Assembly: GCF_001194135.2 (NCBI RefSeq)
Contig: NC_068985.1
Location: 42,894,293 to 42,958,292, forward strand
Length of the DNA stretch: 64,000 nt
DNA from: Octopus bimaculoides
Lineage: Eukaryota
Reading direction: 5' to 3'
The translations under genes and the position numbers were made by a program. How positions within the stretch are numbered: the stretch's first letter is position 1; each line of letters opens with the position of its first letter. Below the pieces are notes generated by a model. That model saw nothing but the letters and a program-made list of their open reading frames with translations. It was not told the origin of the DNA and searched no databases. Positions 13,129 to 25,416 of the stretch are shown here, in pieces.

Positions 13129-13215
13129 ACCTCTTACAGCTGTTTCGATTAGGCCTAATAGATTAAATAGTAATTAATAAAATCATTATATTAGGCAAAA
13201 TCTCATCAGAGGAGT
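13129..13215 (-). ncRNA. Type I hammerhead ribozyme motif
   Basis: Minus strand: stem I actcct, CTGATGAG (13209-13202), stem II hairpin (att/aat plus gcctaata/tattaggc), CGAAAC (13147-13142), palindromic stem III ACAGCTGT, GUA cleavage triplet (13137-13135), then agaggt. Confidence 0.75.
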
Positions 13216-13719
13216 AGAAAAAAGATATACCATAAGGTTTTTAAGTGTTGTATTTTAGAATCATCACAGCAGACTGAGTATTATTTTATGGCTAATATTG
13301 GTATGATTCCTGGATTAGGAGTTATAGGTTGTTTTAGTGGGTAATGGATAATATGTGAATATAAGTAGGGTAATAGTGAGTAAATAAATAGAAGTTGATA
13401 AGTGAATTACAGTAAATTACAGTATCATATGACTGAGGGGAAAAGGAAGCTATGTCTGGTCACTCAAAATAAAGTGCTCAAAGATAAGTCTGAGAGTGAA
13501 TAAAAAGTATTTAATCCATAATTTTTAATCTGACAAAATATATATTCTGTCTTGATGAGCCATAGGTGAAACAGAATATACATTTTGCTGGACTAACAAT
13601 TAAGGATTAAATATTTTTTTATCTATATGTGAGCATGTACTTATTACATATATGTGTATGTATTTATATATGTGTATGTATGTGTATGTGTCTCATTAAC
13701 ATGACACATATGTTTAATA

Positions 13720-13915
13720 ATGGTTTCAAACTTTGGTATGAGGCCAGTAATTTCAGGGGAGGTGGGGGGGTTCAACTGGTACTTATTTTATCAACCCTGA
13801 AAGGATGAAAGGCAAAGTTGATCTCAGTAGAATTTGAACTCAGAATGTAAAGATGAATAAAATGTCATTAAGCATTTTGCCCAGTGTGCTTATGATTCTG
13901 CCAACTCACCTCCTT
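13720..13915 (-). mobile_element. SINE family B
   Basis: Reverse-complement match to the 36864 copy. Confidence 0.8.
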
Positions 13916-13960
13916 ATGAATGTTTACTAATGCTACTTCATGCATTTCCTTTTTGTTGTT

Positions 13961-14005
<45 letters not shown>

Positions 14006-14354
14006 CATATTTATATATGTGCATGCATGTGTATGTATAACATTATTTCTTTAATTGACCCATTTATTATCCAGTGGCTGGACGCATACTTTGTATCATA
14101 ATCATCACATCTTGTCAACATATAATCAGTTACGTGATAGCTTCAACACCATTATGTTGTTCATATCATTTATAATTGTGACTGCAACACTGTCAAACCA
14201 TGTGTGTCATAATAATTATGACTTCATCACTATCATACTGAGTATGTCATACATTTATGACTTCAATACTGTCATGGCATGTGTCATACATATTTATGAC
14301 TTCAGCATTGACATATTGTTTACCATCCCATCCATCCATCTTTGCTCCTTATTT

Positions 14355-14730
14355 CTGGGAGGGTTGAGAAGCTTGCTTCCCAACCACATGGTTCTGGGTT
14401 CAGTACCACTGTGTGGCACCTTGGATAAGTGTCTTCTAATAGAGCCCTGGGCCATCCAAAACCTGGTGAGTAGATTTGGTAGAAGCCAGTTGTATATGTT
14501 TGTGCGTTTCCTTCTCTTAACATTGCATGGTTGCTGTAAGTGGATGTCATTCAGTTCCAATATTCTGTGAAGACATGTCTGGCTATGTGGAAATACTAGC
14601 TTACCTAGAAACAGTTAAGTGCTGATGACAGGAAGGGATCTAGCTGTTGAAAATTTGCCTCAGTAAGCATGGAAAAGTTGCCTGGTGCAAGCATGGAAAA
14701 GTGGATGTTAAAATGAAGATGATGTCTTGT
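14355..14730 (+). mobile_element. Composite SINE A head + RTE-like tail (type A2)
   Basis: agaagcttgcttcccaaccacatggttctgggttcagtacc...; tail gcaagcatggaaaagtggatgttaaaatgaagatgatg. Confidence 0.8.
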
Positions 14731-15020
14731 CAGTGACATTCTAGAGAGGATAAAAAAAATAACTCCGGTAAATGATGTAGTTATTTAGCCCGAGGTCGGC
14801 ACCAACTGAACAAACCAGTGATCAAAGACATTCAAATAATGACCTTACCACCTTATTTACAGTGGTAGTGTATCCCAGATTATATTATCCAGTGAGTCCC
14901 TTTTAAGTAAAGAGTTTTTTGAGGGGCCTTTGGCTGTTATTTCTAGTTGATACAGTGACCACAGAGAGGTTCTTTCATTGGAATTACATGTAAAGCTACA
15001 TAGCTGTCTCAAGGTTTCTA

Positions 15021-15280
15021 TAGGTACACAGCTATCTCTATGGCCACACAGCTGTCTCTATAGCTACATTGCCGTCCCTATAGTCACATTGCTGTCTCTA
15101 TAGTCACATTGCTGCCTCTATAGTTACACAACTGTCTCTATAGTTACATAACTGTCTCTATAGTTACATAACTGTCTCTATAGTTACATAACTGTCTCTA
15201 TAGTTACATAACTGTCTCTACAGCAACATAACTTTCTCAATAGTTACACAACTTTCTCTATAGTTACATAACTTTCTCTA
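15021..15280. repeat. 20-bp minisatellite, 13 units (consensus TAGTTACATAACTGTCTCTA)
   Basis: Exact 20-bp period visible. Confidence 0.95.
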
Positions 15281-15838
15281 TAAGAATATATTTTCCTAGT
15301 TATATAGTTGCTTCTATTACTAAAGTATCCATGGTATAGCTGTCTCACTAGTAATATACTAGTTTCTCATTTGATCCTTTATTTACTTCACTATTTTGGT
15401 ATCTCAACTTTAGCTCTCAGCTATATTTCTTACTGTAGTAAGTGATAAGGGCAACACTATGTGAGTGGTTGGGGACAGATCAATGCCTGTAATCTAATTT
15501 ACTTAAGTAGGTGATAGGCCTTTTAAACTAACCTACTCAATGGTTTCTGCTACTGTCTCCCCTAGAACTTATTGTTTGTTTATAAGTAAAAGCAGAAAAA
15601 ACAAAAACATTTTATAACCAGAGGTACATAATGTTTTTTCCCTCATTTTCTACAAGTTGAGTTTTCTACATCTTTATTTCTGAAGAAGTAGAAATCTTTT
15701 ACAGCCAATTATCAAAATAACAGCAACACTAAGAACTTTAACTGCCTAATGTGTCATTATATCAGAAAATCTCTCGTCCAAACACAGGCAATGTAAATCT
15801 TTTTGTGAAATGTCTCTCACTGGAAATTAACTTCTTAC

Positions 15839-15880
15839 TACTTCCTTTTCCGGCAGAACAATAGCATTTAAATTTCCTGT
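15839..15880 (-). CDS. Candidate 42-nt exon
   Basis: Acceptor atcttttcctgttctcag, donor gtaaga; open as TGNLNAIVLPEKEV or xRKFKCYCSAGKGS. Confidence 0.25.
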
Positions 15881-16114
15881 CTGAGAACAGGAAAAGATAT
15901 TGGTACAATTTACTTCAAAAGTTCATTAATTACATTCCACATTTCAACCTTCAGTATTTTTACATAAATACACAAGTATATATGTCTACACACACATAAA
16001 TATATAACTGTACATACATACTCACAAGTATATATATATATATATATGTATAGTGTGTACACTTATACATACACAAATACACATCTACATGCAGACACTC
16101 AATGATAAACATGA

Positions 16115-16156
<42 letters not shown>

Positions 16157-16662
16157 TCTTATATACATATGCAACCTTACAAACACAATATATTTAGATG
16201 ACATTTCTGGTTATATCATTAAAAATAGCACTATATGTGGTTATACACATGACAAACAGACAGATAAGTTTAAGTTTGTGTAACGCACACAGCCATTTTA
16301 GCAGAATTGCTGAAGGTTCAACTGAATGAAATGCAAACATGCTAATTAGGCAATTTCGCCAATGCTTGTTTAGTAATTACTGTTGTAACAAGCACTGAAC
16401 ACTCTTTTAACATGATTTAATTTTGGGCTCTTTCTTGTGATTGTCTTTGCTTTCTATATTTTAATGGTTTGACTGACATTGGTAAAGGTCTGAGAATATT
16501 GTATAGTCAGGCTATTATCATATTGAATCTTCTGAAGACAGAAAAACAATATTCTAGGACTAATGAACTGGTAGAATGGTAACAGAATGGTAAAAACTTC
16601 AAATTTGATATTTGTCAGTTATAATATATTCAAAGACTACAGTTTGGTAGCTCAAGTCTTAC

Positions 16663-16687
16663 CATGGTCACTAACAAGACCTCGGCA
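16663..16687 (-). CDS. Candidate 25-nt micro-exon
   Basis: Acceptor tgtgttttgttaatttgtag, exon TGCCGAGGTCTTGTTAGTGACCATG, donor gtaaga. Confidence 0.22.
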
Positions 16688-17024
16688 CTACAAATTAACA
16701 AAACACATCAGTTTTACAATGCTACCACTGCTTGCAACAGTGAACTGTTTGTGTGTATCAGGAATTTCTATAAACATTATGTATCATGGTCAAACACATA
16801 ATACAGTATCAGTGACAAGATCTCAATGACCAAATTGCCCACTTGCTGACTATTACTCAAGACATTCACTATGTCTACAGAGACAAGGAGTAAGGATAAG
16901 AACCAAATGCAGTAGTCAAAATAACCATAAGCTTCATACTGACCAATATCTATCAGTGAAATTTGGTCAGCAAAAGTTGTACAGAATTGTGAGTGTGAGT
17001 GTGTACATAACCAATAGGCAAAGG

Positions 17025-17125
17025 CATGGTTGTGTGGTCAACAAATTTATTTAACAGCCATGTGGTTTCAGGTAAAATCCAACCATGCACAATTTGGATA
17101 AGTGTCTTTATTATAGCCTCAGGTT
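17025..17125 (+). mobile_element. SINE family A head
   Basis: gcatggttgtgtggtcaacaaattt...ggataagtgtcttt. Confidence 0.6.
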
Positions 17126-17609
17126 GATGAATGCCTTGTGAGTGAAATTTGCCAGGCAGAAACTGTGCAGAAGCTCATGGTGTGTGTGTGCGTGTGTGTG
17201 TTTGTGTGCGTGCATGTCTGTTTTTCATTGATGAAATATGTACACGTCAGTGGGGGAAAACCAATAGAAATGGTATTTTCAAACAAAAATACCTCATGTA
17301 GTATCAGTTCCACCCAAACTGCACAAACCTCCCTTACCACTGTCACCATGATAAAAGCAATGAGCCAGTGAATGATCTGTTGATAACACATGTAACTAAG
17401 TTATTATTCCCAGAAGACAACATGTGACTAATAAAGCTGTTATTTACAAAACTCTGATATAGAAAATTAACACAAATTTAAACAATCACACTGACAGGGA
17501 AATGTTAACCAACTTCAGTTTCCATATTTTATATATTCTCCCTACACTTATATAGCTTCCCATTCTTATAGTTTCCATATTCTTAATATTCTTATCCTCA
17601 TTGTCATCA

Positions 17610-18260
17610 TCATCATTATTGTTGTTTTAATATCCACTTTTTCATGCTTGTATGAGTCAGACAGATTTTGTTGAGGTGAATTTTCTACAGCTGGATGCCC
17701 TTCCTGTTGTTAACCTGCATTTGTTTCTAAGCAAGATAATATTTCCCCATGGTTAGACAGGTTTCCACAAACAACTGAGAACAAAAGACAAGATGGTGAT
17801 ACTTGCAACTTTCATGTGATGTCAAGGCAAAAAGACAGTAACACACACACACACACAGAGTGAGATCTCAGTATACAAACAACTTATCACAAACAAATCA
17901 GTTTAGAAACAATTTTTTCGAACATAAAACGTCTCAGGTGATGGATGGCATCTTGAGTGACAAACACACAGTGCAACAGTGCATTCTTGCTCGAATTCAC
18001 TGTAGCTTCTCTTGAATTTTAGTTTATGAACATTTTGGGTGATGAACAGCTTTCAAGAACAAATTAAATTCATAAGTCGAGGTCCAACTGTATATACACA
18101 TATGACAGGTTTCTTTGAGTTTCCATCAACCAAATCCACTCACAAGGCTTTGGTCAACCCAGGGTTATAGTAGAAGACATTGACCAAAGTGCTACACAGT
18201 GAGACTGATCCCAAAACCATGTGGCAGTTAAACAAACTTCTTACCATGCAGCCATGCTGG
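17610..18260 (-). mobile_element. Composite A2 SINE interrupted by a Tigger-like MITE
   Basis: RTE-like tail at 17610-17850, CA spacer, insertion, then A head at 18100-18260. Confidence 0.75.
17869..18090. mobile_element. Tigger-like MITE
   Basis: Right end gaacaaattaaattcataagtcgaggtccaactg+TA resembles Tigger termini and the end of the 62439-62982 element. The left end is degenerate. Confidence 0.55.
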
Positions 18261-18929
18261 TATCTATTCTTATATTCTCCATATTTTTTGAGAATATTTG
18301 TACAAGAATTAAGAACGTTTCTTCATGTTTTTTAGAAATACAGTTTTGTAAATATATGCCAATTCCATTGGATGAGTTTCAAGGTAATCAGTGATAGAAT
18401 GGCCTTCAGAAATGGGAGTTGTTAGCACTGATACAACCAGTTGTTGGCATCAAATAAACCACCACAGACTAACCAGTATCAGGAGTTGTGTAGCAGCAAC
18501 TATGATTCCAGTGTGTTAAGAAAATGGTTAAGGAACCCTGTGTGTAAGAGAGAGAGAGGGGGGTATAGAGGGGGAGAGAGAGAGAGAGAGAGCATACCTA
18601 CGTGTTTGTTTACATTTTTACTCAACAAAAGTGACTAGATATTAGCGTTGTTGTTGTTACTTCTCTTGTCAACAAATTGTGCTATTGCTTAGAGCTTTGA
18701 AGAAGTGTAAAATAAGAGATTTCTTACTTGAGAAACAGCTAAGGGTTAGCAACAGAGAAAGCATGTGACTATAAAACAATGCCTTGATAATATACCTGGG
18801 TAGTCCTTGCAAGCATGATAAATATAAAAACAAATGACTACATGAATACACATTCATACATATACATTCACGAACATACACACATACATATATATGTGCA
18901 AGCATACAAGCAAACAATTATCATTGTCA

Positions 18930-19180
18930 TTTTACATCTGTCTTCCATGCAGGTATGAGTTTCTTTCAATAGGATCCAGTGGGTTGAAGGACCACAACTT
19001 ACTTCACTGTCTCAATTTTGGTGTGGTTTTTATGGCTGAATACCCTTCCTAACATCAATCACTTTACAATGTTTTTTAGGCACCAAAACATCATAAGTTC
19101 TCACTCTCAGCAAGACTAAAGAGTCCTCTCTCAACTCTATTGTTTCTACTTTACAGAATGTACTGGGTGCTTTTTACTTT
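18930..19180 (-). mobile_element. RTE-tail-derived repeat(s)
   Basis: cttccatgc...cccttcctaacatcaatcactttaca...tactgggtgcttttt. Confidence 0.6.
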
Positions 19181-21574
19181 TCACTTTATTTATCTACAAG
19201 TGCATTTACTATATAAAAAGATTTAATCAAGAGGATAAAGATAAATAAATTATAATCAACTGATAATCAGTCTTTAATTATAAATCAATCAAAAATAAAT
19301 AATTAATAATCAGTTATTAGTTGTTGACCAATGTGACAAGATGGTAAAATGAACAGTTATTTTGGACAAAATCATCTTTAGACAAAATCAATCAAGCTTT
19401 GGACAAAATCAACCATTGACTAGAAATTGGAAACTATTTCAGGAGAATATAGATCGTAGGGGAAACAAGCATAAAATACTGCCAATTAGATCTTACTGAG
19501 GTGGTGGTGAGGTGTAGGATGTGAGCATGTCAGAAACCTTTCCTAAGACAAGTATGTGCAGTATGTGTATGACAATGATTAAACAAGCCTATTGTAGTTT
19601 ATGAACTTTGAATCTTAGCCCTTAATCAGCTAACAAGGAGAGTGAGTACATGGAAACATTCCCCAAACACCCCTACTGTCTTTCAATGTAGCTTTGACCC
19701 TATAAATATAAACACGAAATTAGCAATCTTGTAATCTAAGCAATCAGTCAAATAAAACATGCGAAGGTCACAGCTAGAGCCCTGAAGTCAAACAGACTTG
19801 ACAAGACCCCATACATTCATAGACACACTCAGACTAATCTATCTCAGTCCTTCTTGACAATGTTACTTCATCTGTTTAGGCCTCTTCTCTGTTTATCTTT
19901 CAATCAATTAATTACCTAATTGATTTTATCTGATGAAACTAATTCAAAACATCAATGTTCTTCTTTCTCTAAGTATATGACCCTTAAACCAACATATTAT
20001 CCCCCACCACTGTACCCTCTTCACATTGTTACAACCAGCCAAAAGACATGTGACACACAAGGATGGTGGGTGGGCTACTTTCCCAACCTTCACCACTCAG
20101 TTGCTACACAAAACATTACACGCCTCAAGTGTGTAATGGTAACTTTCTTTAATAACAACAACATTGTGTGTGTATGTGTGTATATATACACACACACATG
20201 CATGCATAAATACTCCTAATGTTTTTGCTCCTTCCACTCCTACTCCTAAAGAGGTCAAGATGTAGTAAATGCGACCTACTTTTGAACTCCTACTCTACTT
20301 CAGTAGTTCCTTGTCATTCCACACCCTCTTTATAGAACTAATCAGCCAATCAGATACGAAGAAGCAGAAACTTATCTACAACCATGTCCTTCGTCCACCG
20401 CCTCCTCTCTCCATCTTATGCCAGTTTCAAAGTTTACTTTTCCTCCATCACAATCACAACATTTAAAAATAACTTTAAGAAAAACAAAAGCAGAAATCTT
20501 TTTTTTTTTCTGGTACAATACTGAGAAACCTCTTGTTGCAAGGAAGAACAAACTTCTTTTTCTTTTTAAAGTATTATTAATTAAGCAGGCACCAGAAAAT
20601 TTGGTGTGCAGAGCTGAATGTAATAACTGATCTGTTGTCATTATTGGTTTTAAAACTTAACTGTATTCCATCAATGAGTAGAAATAACATAACAGGTTGT
20701 AGCAGTTATTCAATAAACAATATGCTTTGTATCACAGGCTTACACAACATCCTGCCCAGGATGTCTTGTATCTGTCAACATTTAGTTATGTCCTTTTATG
20801 TTGTGAATTAAAATCCTGTTAAAGCCAACTTTGTTTCTTCTCCACCTGGAGCTAATAAAAGAAAGTATCAGTTATGTAATGAGATTGATTTTATACTTGG
20901 ATGATGAAATGCTCTATTAGAATTCCCCACTTCCTGTCGTAATCCTTATTCATACTTATACATGTTCCCTTGAGCATACTGTCTACATAGATCATGTACT
21001 CCATTCAATAAACTCTATTTATCTATTCACACTCACACACACACCATATCTGAAACCTATAGATATACATATGTCTTGTTGAGTGCAAGTCAGGATTATT
21101 ATCATCATCATTTTATGCTCACTTTTTCATGCTGGCATAGGCTGGACAATTTGATAGTATCCAATGAGAAGGATGTCTTGCTCCAGTGTTTCAGTTTTGG
21201 CATGGACAAACTAGTTACAGAGTGAACTAGGCACTTAGTATCCATGGTACAAGAACTAGTGAGGTGCCTTGTAAGTCATAACTTCAAACAATACACTTTG
21301 AGTGACATGAAGAACAGGGAAAAGAGACGGTACTTTATGTGAGATTTTGAATGTGACATCAGGGTTAATGGTGTGACATCTTTACGGATGTACTTCACAA
21401 ATCCACCATGACTTTGTTCTCTGTCTGAATGGAACTAAACATACATTAGTATCTGTAACTCTGGATTATGTCTGCAGAGAGAGGTGTTCTTGTAAATAAA
21501 AATGTATCTATTCTGTTACATTAATCTATCTATCTATCTATATATATATATATATATATATGAGAGTTTGTGTA

Positions 21575-21627
<53 letters not shown>

Positions 21628-21744
21628 GTTCCTTATGCATTTAAAAACTGAGTTGCTGATTTTGAAAGATTCAGTAATCTTTCGGCTTCCTAATAAACTT
21701 AATTTTCATTCACATATTTTCTACATTATTGCAACAACCACCTA

Positions 21745-21968
21745 AAGTTATTTGAAAGGCACAAGTGAAGTTGGTTTTAATTGTGAACCTCTTCCCTGTT
21801 CGAATAGGAATTCTGAGCCTTCCTGTAGGTTGGGGTATGTTCCACAGTTTGGACATCCACATTTTTTAACCATTGGTTTTGTGATTGTTGTGTAAATCTT
21901 CACATTTGTCAACGGTCTTTTCAGTGATTTGTGTTGCTTTTTGCATTTGATGAGTTTATATGTTTTCT
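21745..21968 (-). mobile_element. Penelope-like element fragment (linker preceding the GIY-YIG endonuclease)
   Basis: Minus translation QKTYKLIKCKKQHKSLKRPLTNVKIYTTITKPMVKKCGCPNCGTYPNLQEGSEFLFEQG/KRFTIKTNFTCA resembles the PLE KRQP..LK.LLT and CxxxxCxxC..F.IK.NFTC motifs. Confidence 0.75.
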
Positions 21969-21970
21969 GA

Positions 21971-22081
21971 ATAACTCGTAGAATTCAAGCTGTAATTACT
22001 GCTAAAGGCGGTCCTACCCCATATTAAAATACATTTGTTTGAAATTTTAAGGTGTTTCCATTATTTTATCCAACCCCTGTA
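21971..22081 (+). mobile_element. Tc1-like transposon 3' end
   Basis: ITRRIQAVITAKGGPTPY* followed by the TIR-like ggtgtttccattattttatccaacccctgta. Confidence 0.8.
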
Positions 22082-22083
22082 TG

Positions 22084-22127
<44 letters not shown>

Positions 22128-22203
22128 CACACACAAGCACACACAGAGTGAGAGTTTTAGCTCAATGGAGAAAATATGGGATGCCTGATGTAATCATTAG
22201 GGG

Positions 22204-22245
<42 letters not shown>

Positions 22246-22844
22246 ATGTGTGTGTATAGTGAGTGATTTACTCTAGAGGTGTAGTGTGTATAAATGTATA
22301 TGAAGGTATGTATTTATGGTAATGGGTAGTAGTGTAGATGAAATGTTTATGAAAGTAAACTGGTAGCATTTGAGATATAATGAGTTGTGATGCTCTGAAT
22401 TCAGTGATTAACAACAGCAACAAATATTAATTTACAACAGAGAAGTTGCAGTCAGTTCTATAGAAAATCTTAATACATTATTTGACTTCTATATCTTGAA
22501 GAGATAACTACACTCTGCAACCTTTCAATCCCACTTAGACAAACATACACAATTATAAACATACACGTGCATACACACCTATATAAATACACATATATAC
22601 TATTATAAATATACATACATGCATGCTTATACACACACACATGTGCATGTGTGCATACACATACGTGTGCACACACAGGCACATATGCATACACATGAAT
22701 CATTGCCAATGTGAACATTTTAGATTTGTTAGTGCACTTCCGTAGGAAATTGCAGGAATTAGTCTGCAGATGTTTCAATAAAGCTCACACTTAAACTTTT
22801 AGGTTAAATACTAGAGATTTATGAGAAAATATTATTAAGCCTCA

Positions 22845-22960
22845 TATGTAGGTATGGCTGCATGGTTAAGACATTTATTTCACGACAGTATGGTTTTGTG
22901 TTCAATACCATTGTGCAGTGCATAGAGAAAGTGTCTTCTACTATAGCTTCAGGTCATGTG
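22845..22960 (+). mobile_element. SINE family A head
   Basis: gtatggctgcatggttaagac...aagtgtcttctactatagc. Confidence 0.65.
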
Positions 22961-23313
22961 TGTGGAATCTGTATAAAAGTGAGTTGGAAAGACGTGTGGA
23001 AGATAGGCTTAATCTGTCATCTTATCAGCAAGTCCTTGGGTACTTCTTAATGTAGACCGCTCTGTATCAAACATTCAGGCTGAATCTACAGTTTAAGGAT
23101 AACTTTTTCCTTCCCTCCCTTCCACCAGCCTTAAACGAGACCTGGCTCAAATACTTGCAGCATAGGGGGCACTGCTTGAGACAAACAATGACCAGGTGGT
23201 GGTGGTGTTAAATTGGGAAATGAATTAAATCTACCACTTAAGTAGGCTACAGCAGGATTTGATCCCAGATCAGAAAGTTCAAGAAGAAATACCACAAAGT
23301 AACTGTTCCACCA

Positions 23314-23419
<106 letters not shown>

Positions 23420-24039
23420 AAATTATCAAATAACCATTTCCAGATAATTGTGTCCAGATTTCCAAATTAAAATCATTAACGTGAATATTCTAAAGTATAC
23501 AAAGATTTTCTTCCACAGATGCAGCAAAACTTAGTTAAGAATTTCACTGAATCTTATCTTTGTTCTTTATTAAATTATTTCTATTTATTTTCCCATAATA
23601 AAATGTCTTTATTTATGCCATTCTATATTCTACAACCATAAATTGCTATAAAATAGGAGTTGCACCTGTTGTTTGTTAGGCAGACTGAGACAAGCAGTTA
23701 TGCTTTGCTGTGTCAGTTAATTGATGAAGTTAACCGATAACTAGTTTCCCATGCACATTAAGACAAGTCCCAAATGGAATTAACATTTGATAAACCAAAC
23801 AAGATATTGGAAGATATTTGACTAAGTACTTCCTATTTTGCTGTATTCCAAATAGACACATTTTCGAAGCTCAACTTAGGGATTTTACATTTTTACCAAT
23901 CTGTCTCAGTGCCTCTACATGATGTATCTTTATTTTTGCTTTTCCTAAGTCCAATCTGCATGAAATAAGAAAGGTATTTGAGTTCTTAAGCATAGAGCTA
24001 AACTTGCATATGTAACCATCTTTTACTTCTTATCTTTTA

Positions 24040-24365
24040 CTTGTTTCATTTGTTGGAGCACCTCTTTAAAGAGGTCAGTCAAACAAATCAACCCCAGTAC
24101 TTATTTTTAGTCTGGCACTTATTCTATCATTCTTTCTTGCCAAACTGCTGAGTTACAAGAACTTGAATACACTAACCAATTGTCAAGTGGTGGTGAGGGA
24201 TAAACACAAACACATATTCACACACACAAACACATATTCAGTTTCCATCTACCAATTCCACTCGAAAGGTTTTGGTTGTCCTGGGACTATAGTAGAAGAC
24301 ACTTGCCCAAGGTGCCACATAAGACTGAACCCAGGACCACATGGTTGGGAAAGGAACTTCTTAAA
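24040..24365 (-). mobile_element. SINE family A, tail A1
   Basis: Colinear with 33471-33909. Confidence 0.8.
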
Positions 24366-25416
24366 GTATTTAAAACAATATGAAATGACAAACACAAAGT
24401 GGCATTAATGCTACATTTCTCAAAACAACCCTAAAAAACATTGGACTACTAAAATTAGAAACACGAATATTTATTCTAAAAGTCCCACAGAGTTAAAAAT
24501 AATAGGAAAGTTAATAGCACAACTTGCTTCTTACACACTATCTTTCTTTACTGTACTTAAAAAAAAAACATGAATAAAAAAAAAAGCATTTTTCAAAGTT
24601 AGCTGAAAGAGATCAGATTACAGACAGTTCTTAAGTAAACATGGAGTGGTATATATGTTCCAGTCTAGAAATGGAAACACAAAAGCAAGGTTTAGGAAGA
24701 TAATTTTGGTAAATAAACAGAATTCATTTATTAGAGAATTTCAGGAAAGCAATAATTTATTTGTTATTAACTTAAACAAACAGAATAACTTAGAAACATT
24801 TTAATTACAAGAGTGCCCAGGATTTCTAAATTTTATCCATTTGTCATACTATGTTAGACTGTCAGTGTTAGCATAAGATTGATGAATCTAATTATTTATA
24901 TTTGGAACAGGTGTTTTAACATATGAGTAGCCCCTCTCCTGCTGTGACATAATTGCAGCTAGACTTAGTTTTCAGCTATTTTTAGATTTACCATTTATGA
25001 AGTAATAAATTTTATAAAACTGAGAATTCATCTTCTTTCATATTAAAACTGATGCAATGAAATCTGAAATGGTGTTTAATAGTTTTAACTAGTTTAAACA
25101 GGCTCAAGAGAATATGCATGATTCTCTATGTTAACTATATTCCCCAGAGATGACATACAAACACGTGTAAAATTGTACACTGGTACATGTTGACCTTCTA
25201 ATAAACTGATTGGTCTTATTTGGAGTAAACCCTTAGCTTTGGTCAGCAACTTCTCAATGTTGACAGAATTAACACTGTTTGATGTTGTTGGGAAGTGTGT
25301 CCAACTGTGAAGCAGCTACAACTTCTGAATTATCATGTTAATCCTTTCATTACCATATTTCTGTTGAAATATATTGTTTTTGCTTCAATTAATTTTGAAA
25401 ATAATGATGACTTTGG

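Noticed and set aside
14055-14570. 171-aa ORF
   Set aside because: Runs through degenerate tandem repeats and a SINE A head; no protein homology recognised.
19480-19900. Possible solo LTR (TATAAATA at about 19701, AATAAA at about 19751)
   Set aside because: No TG...CA ends, TSD or second copy could be identified.
23155-23175. CTCF-like motif gcagcatagggggcact
   Set aside because: Imperfect match; not supportable without binding data.
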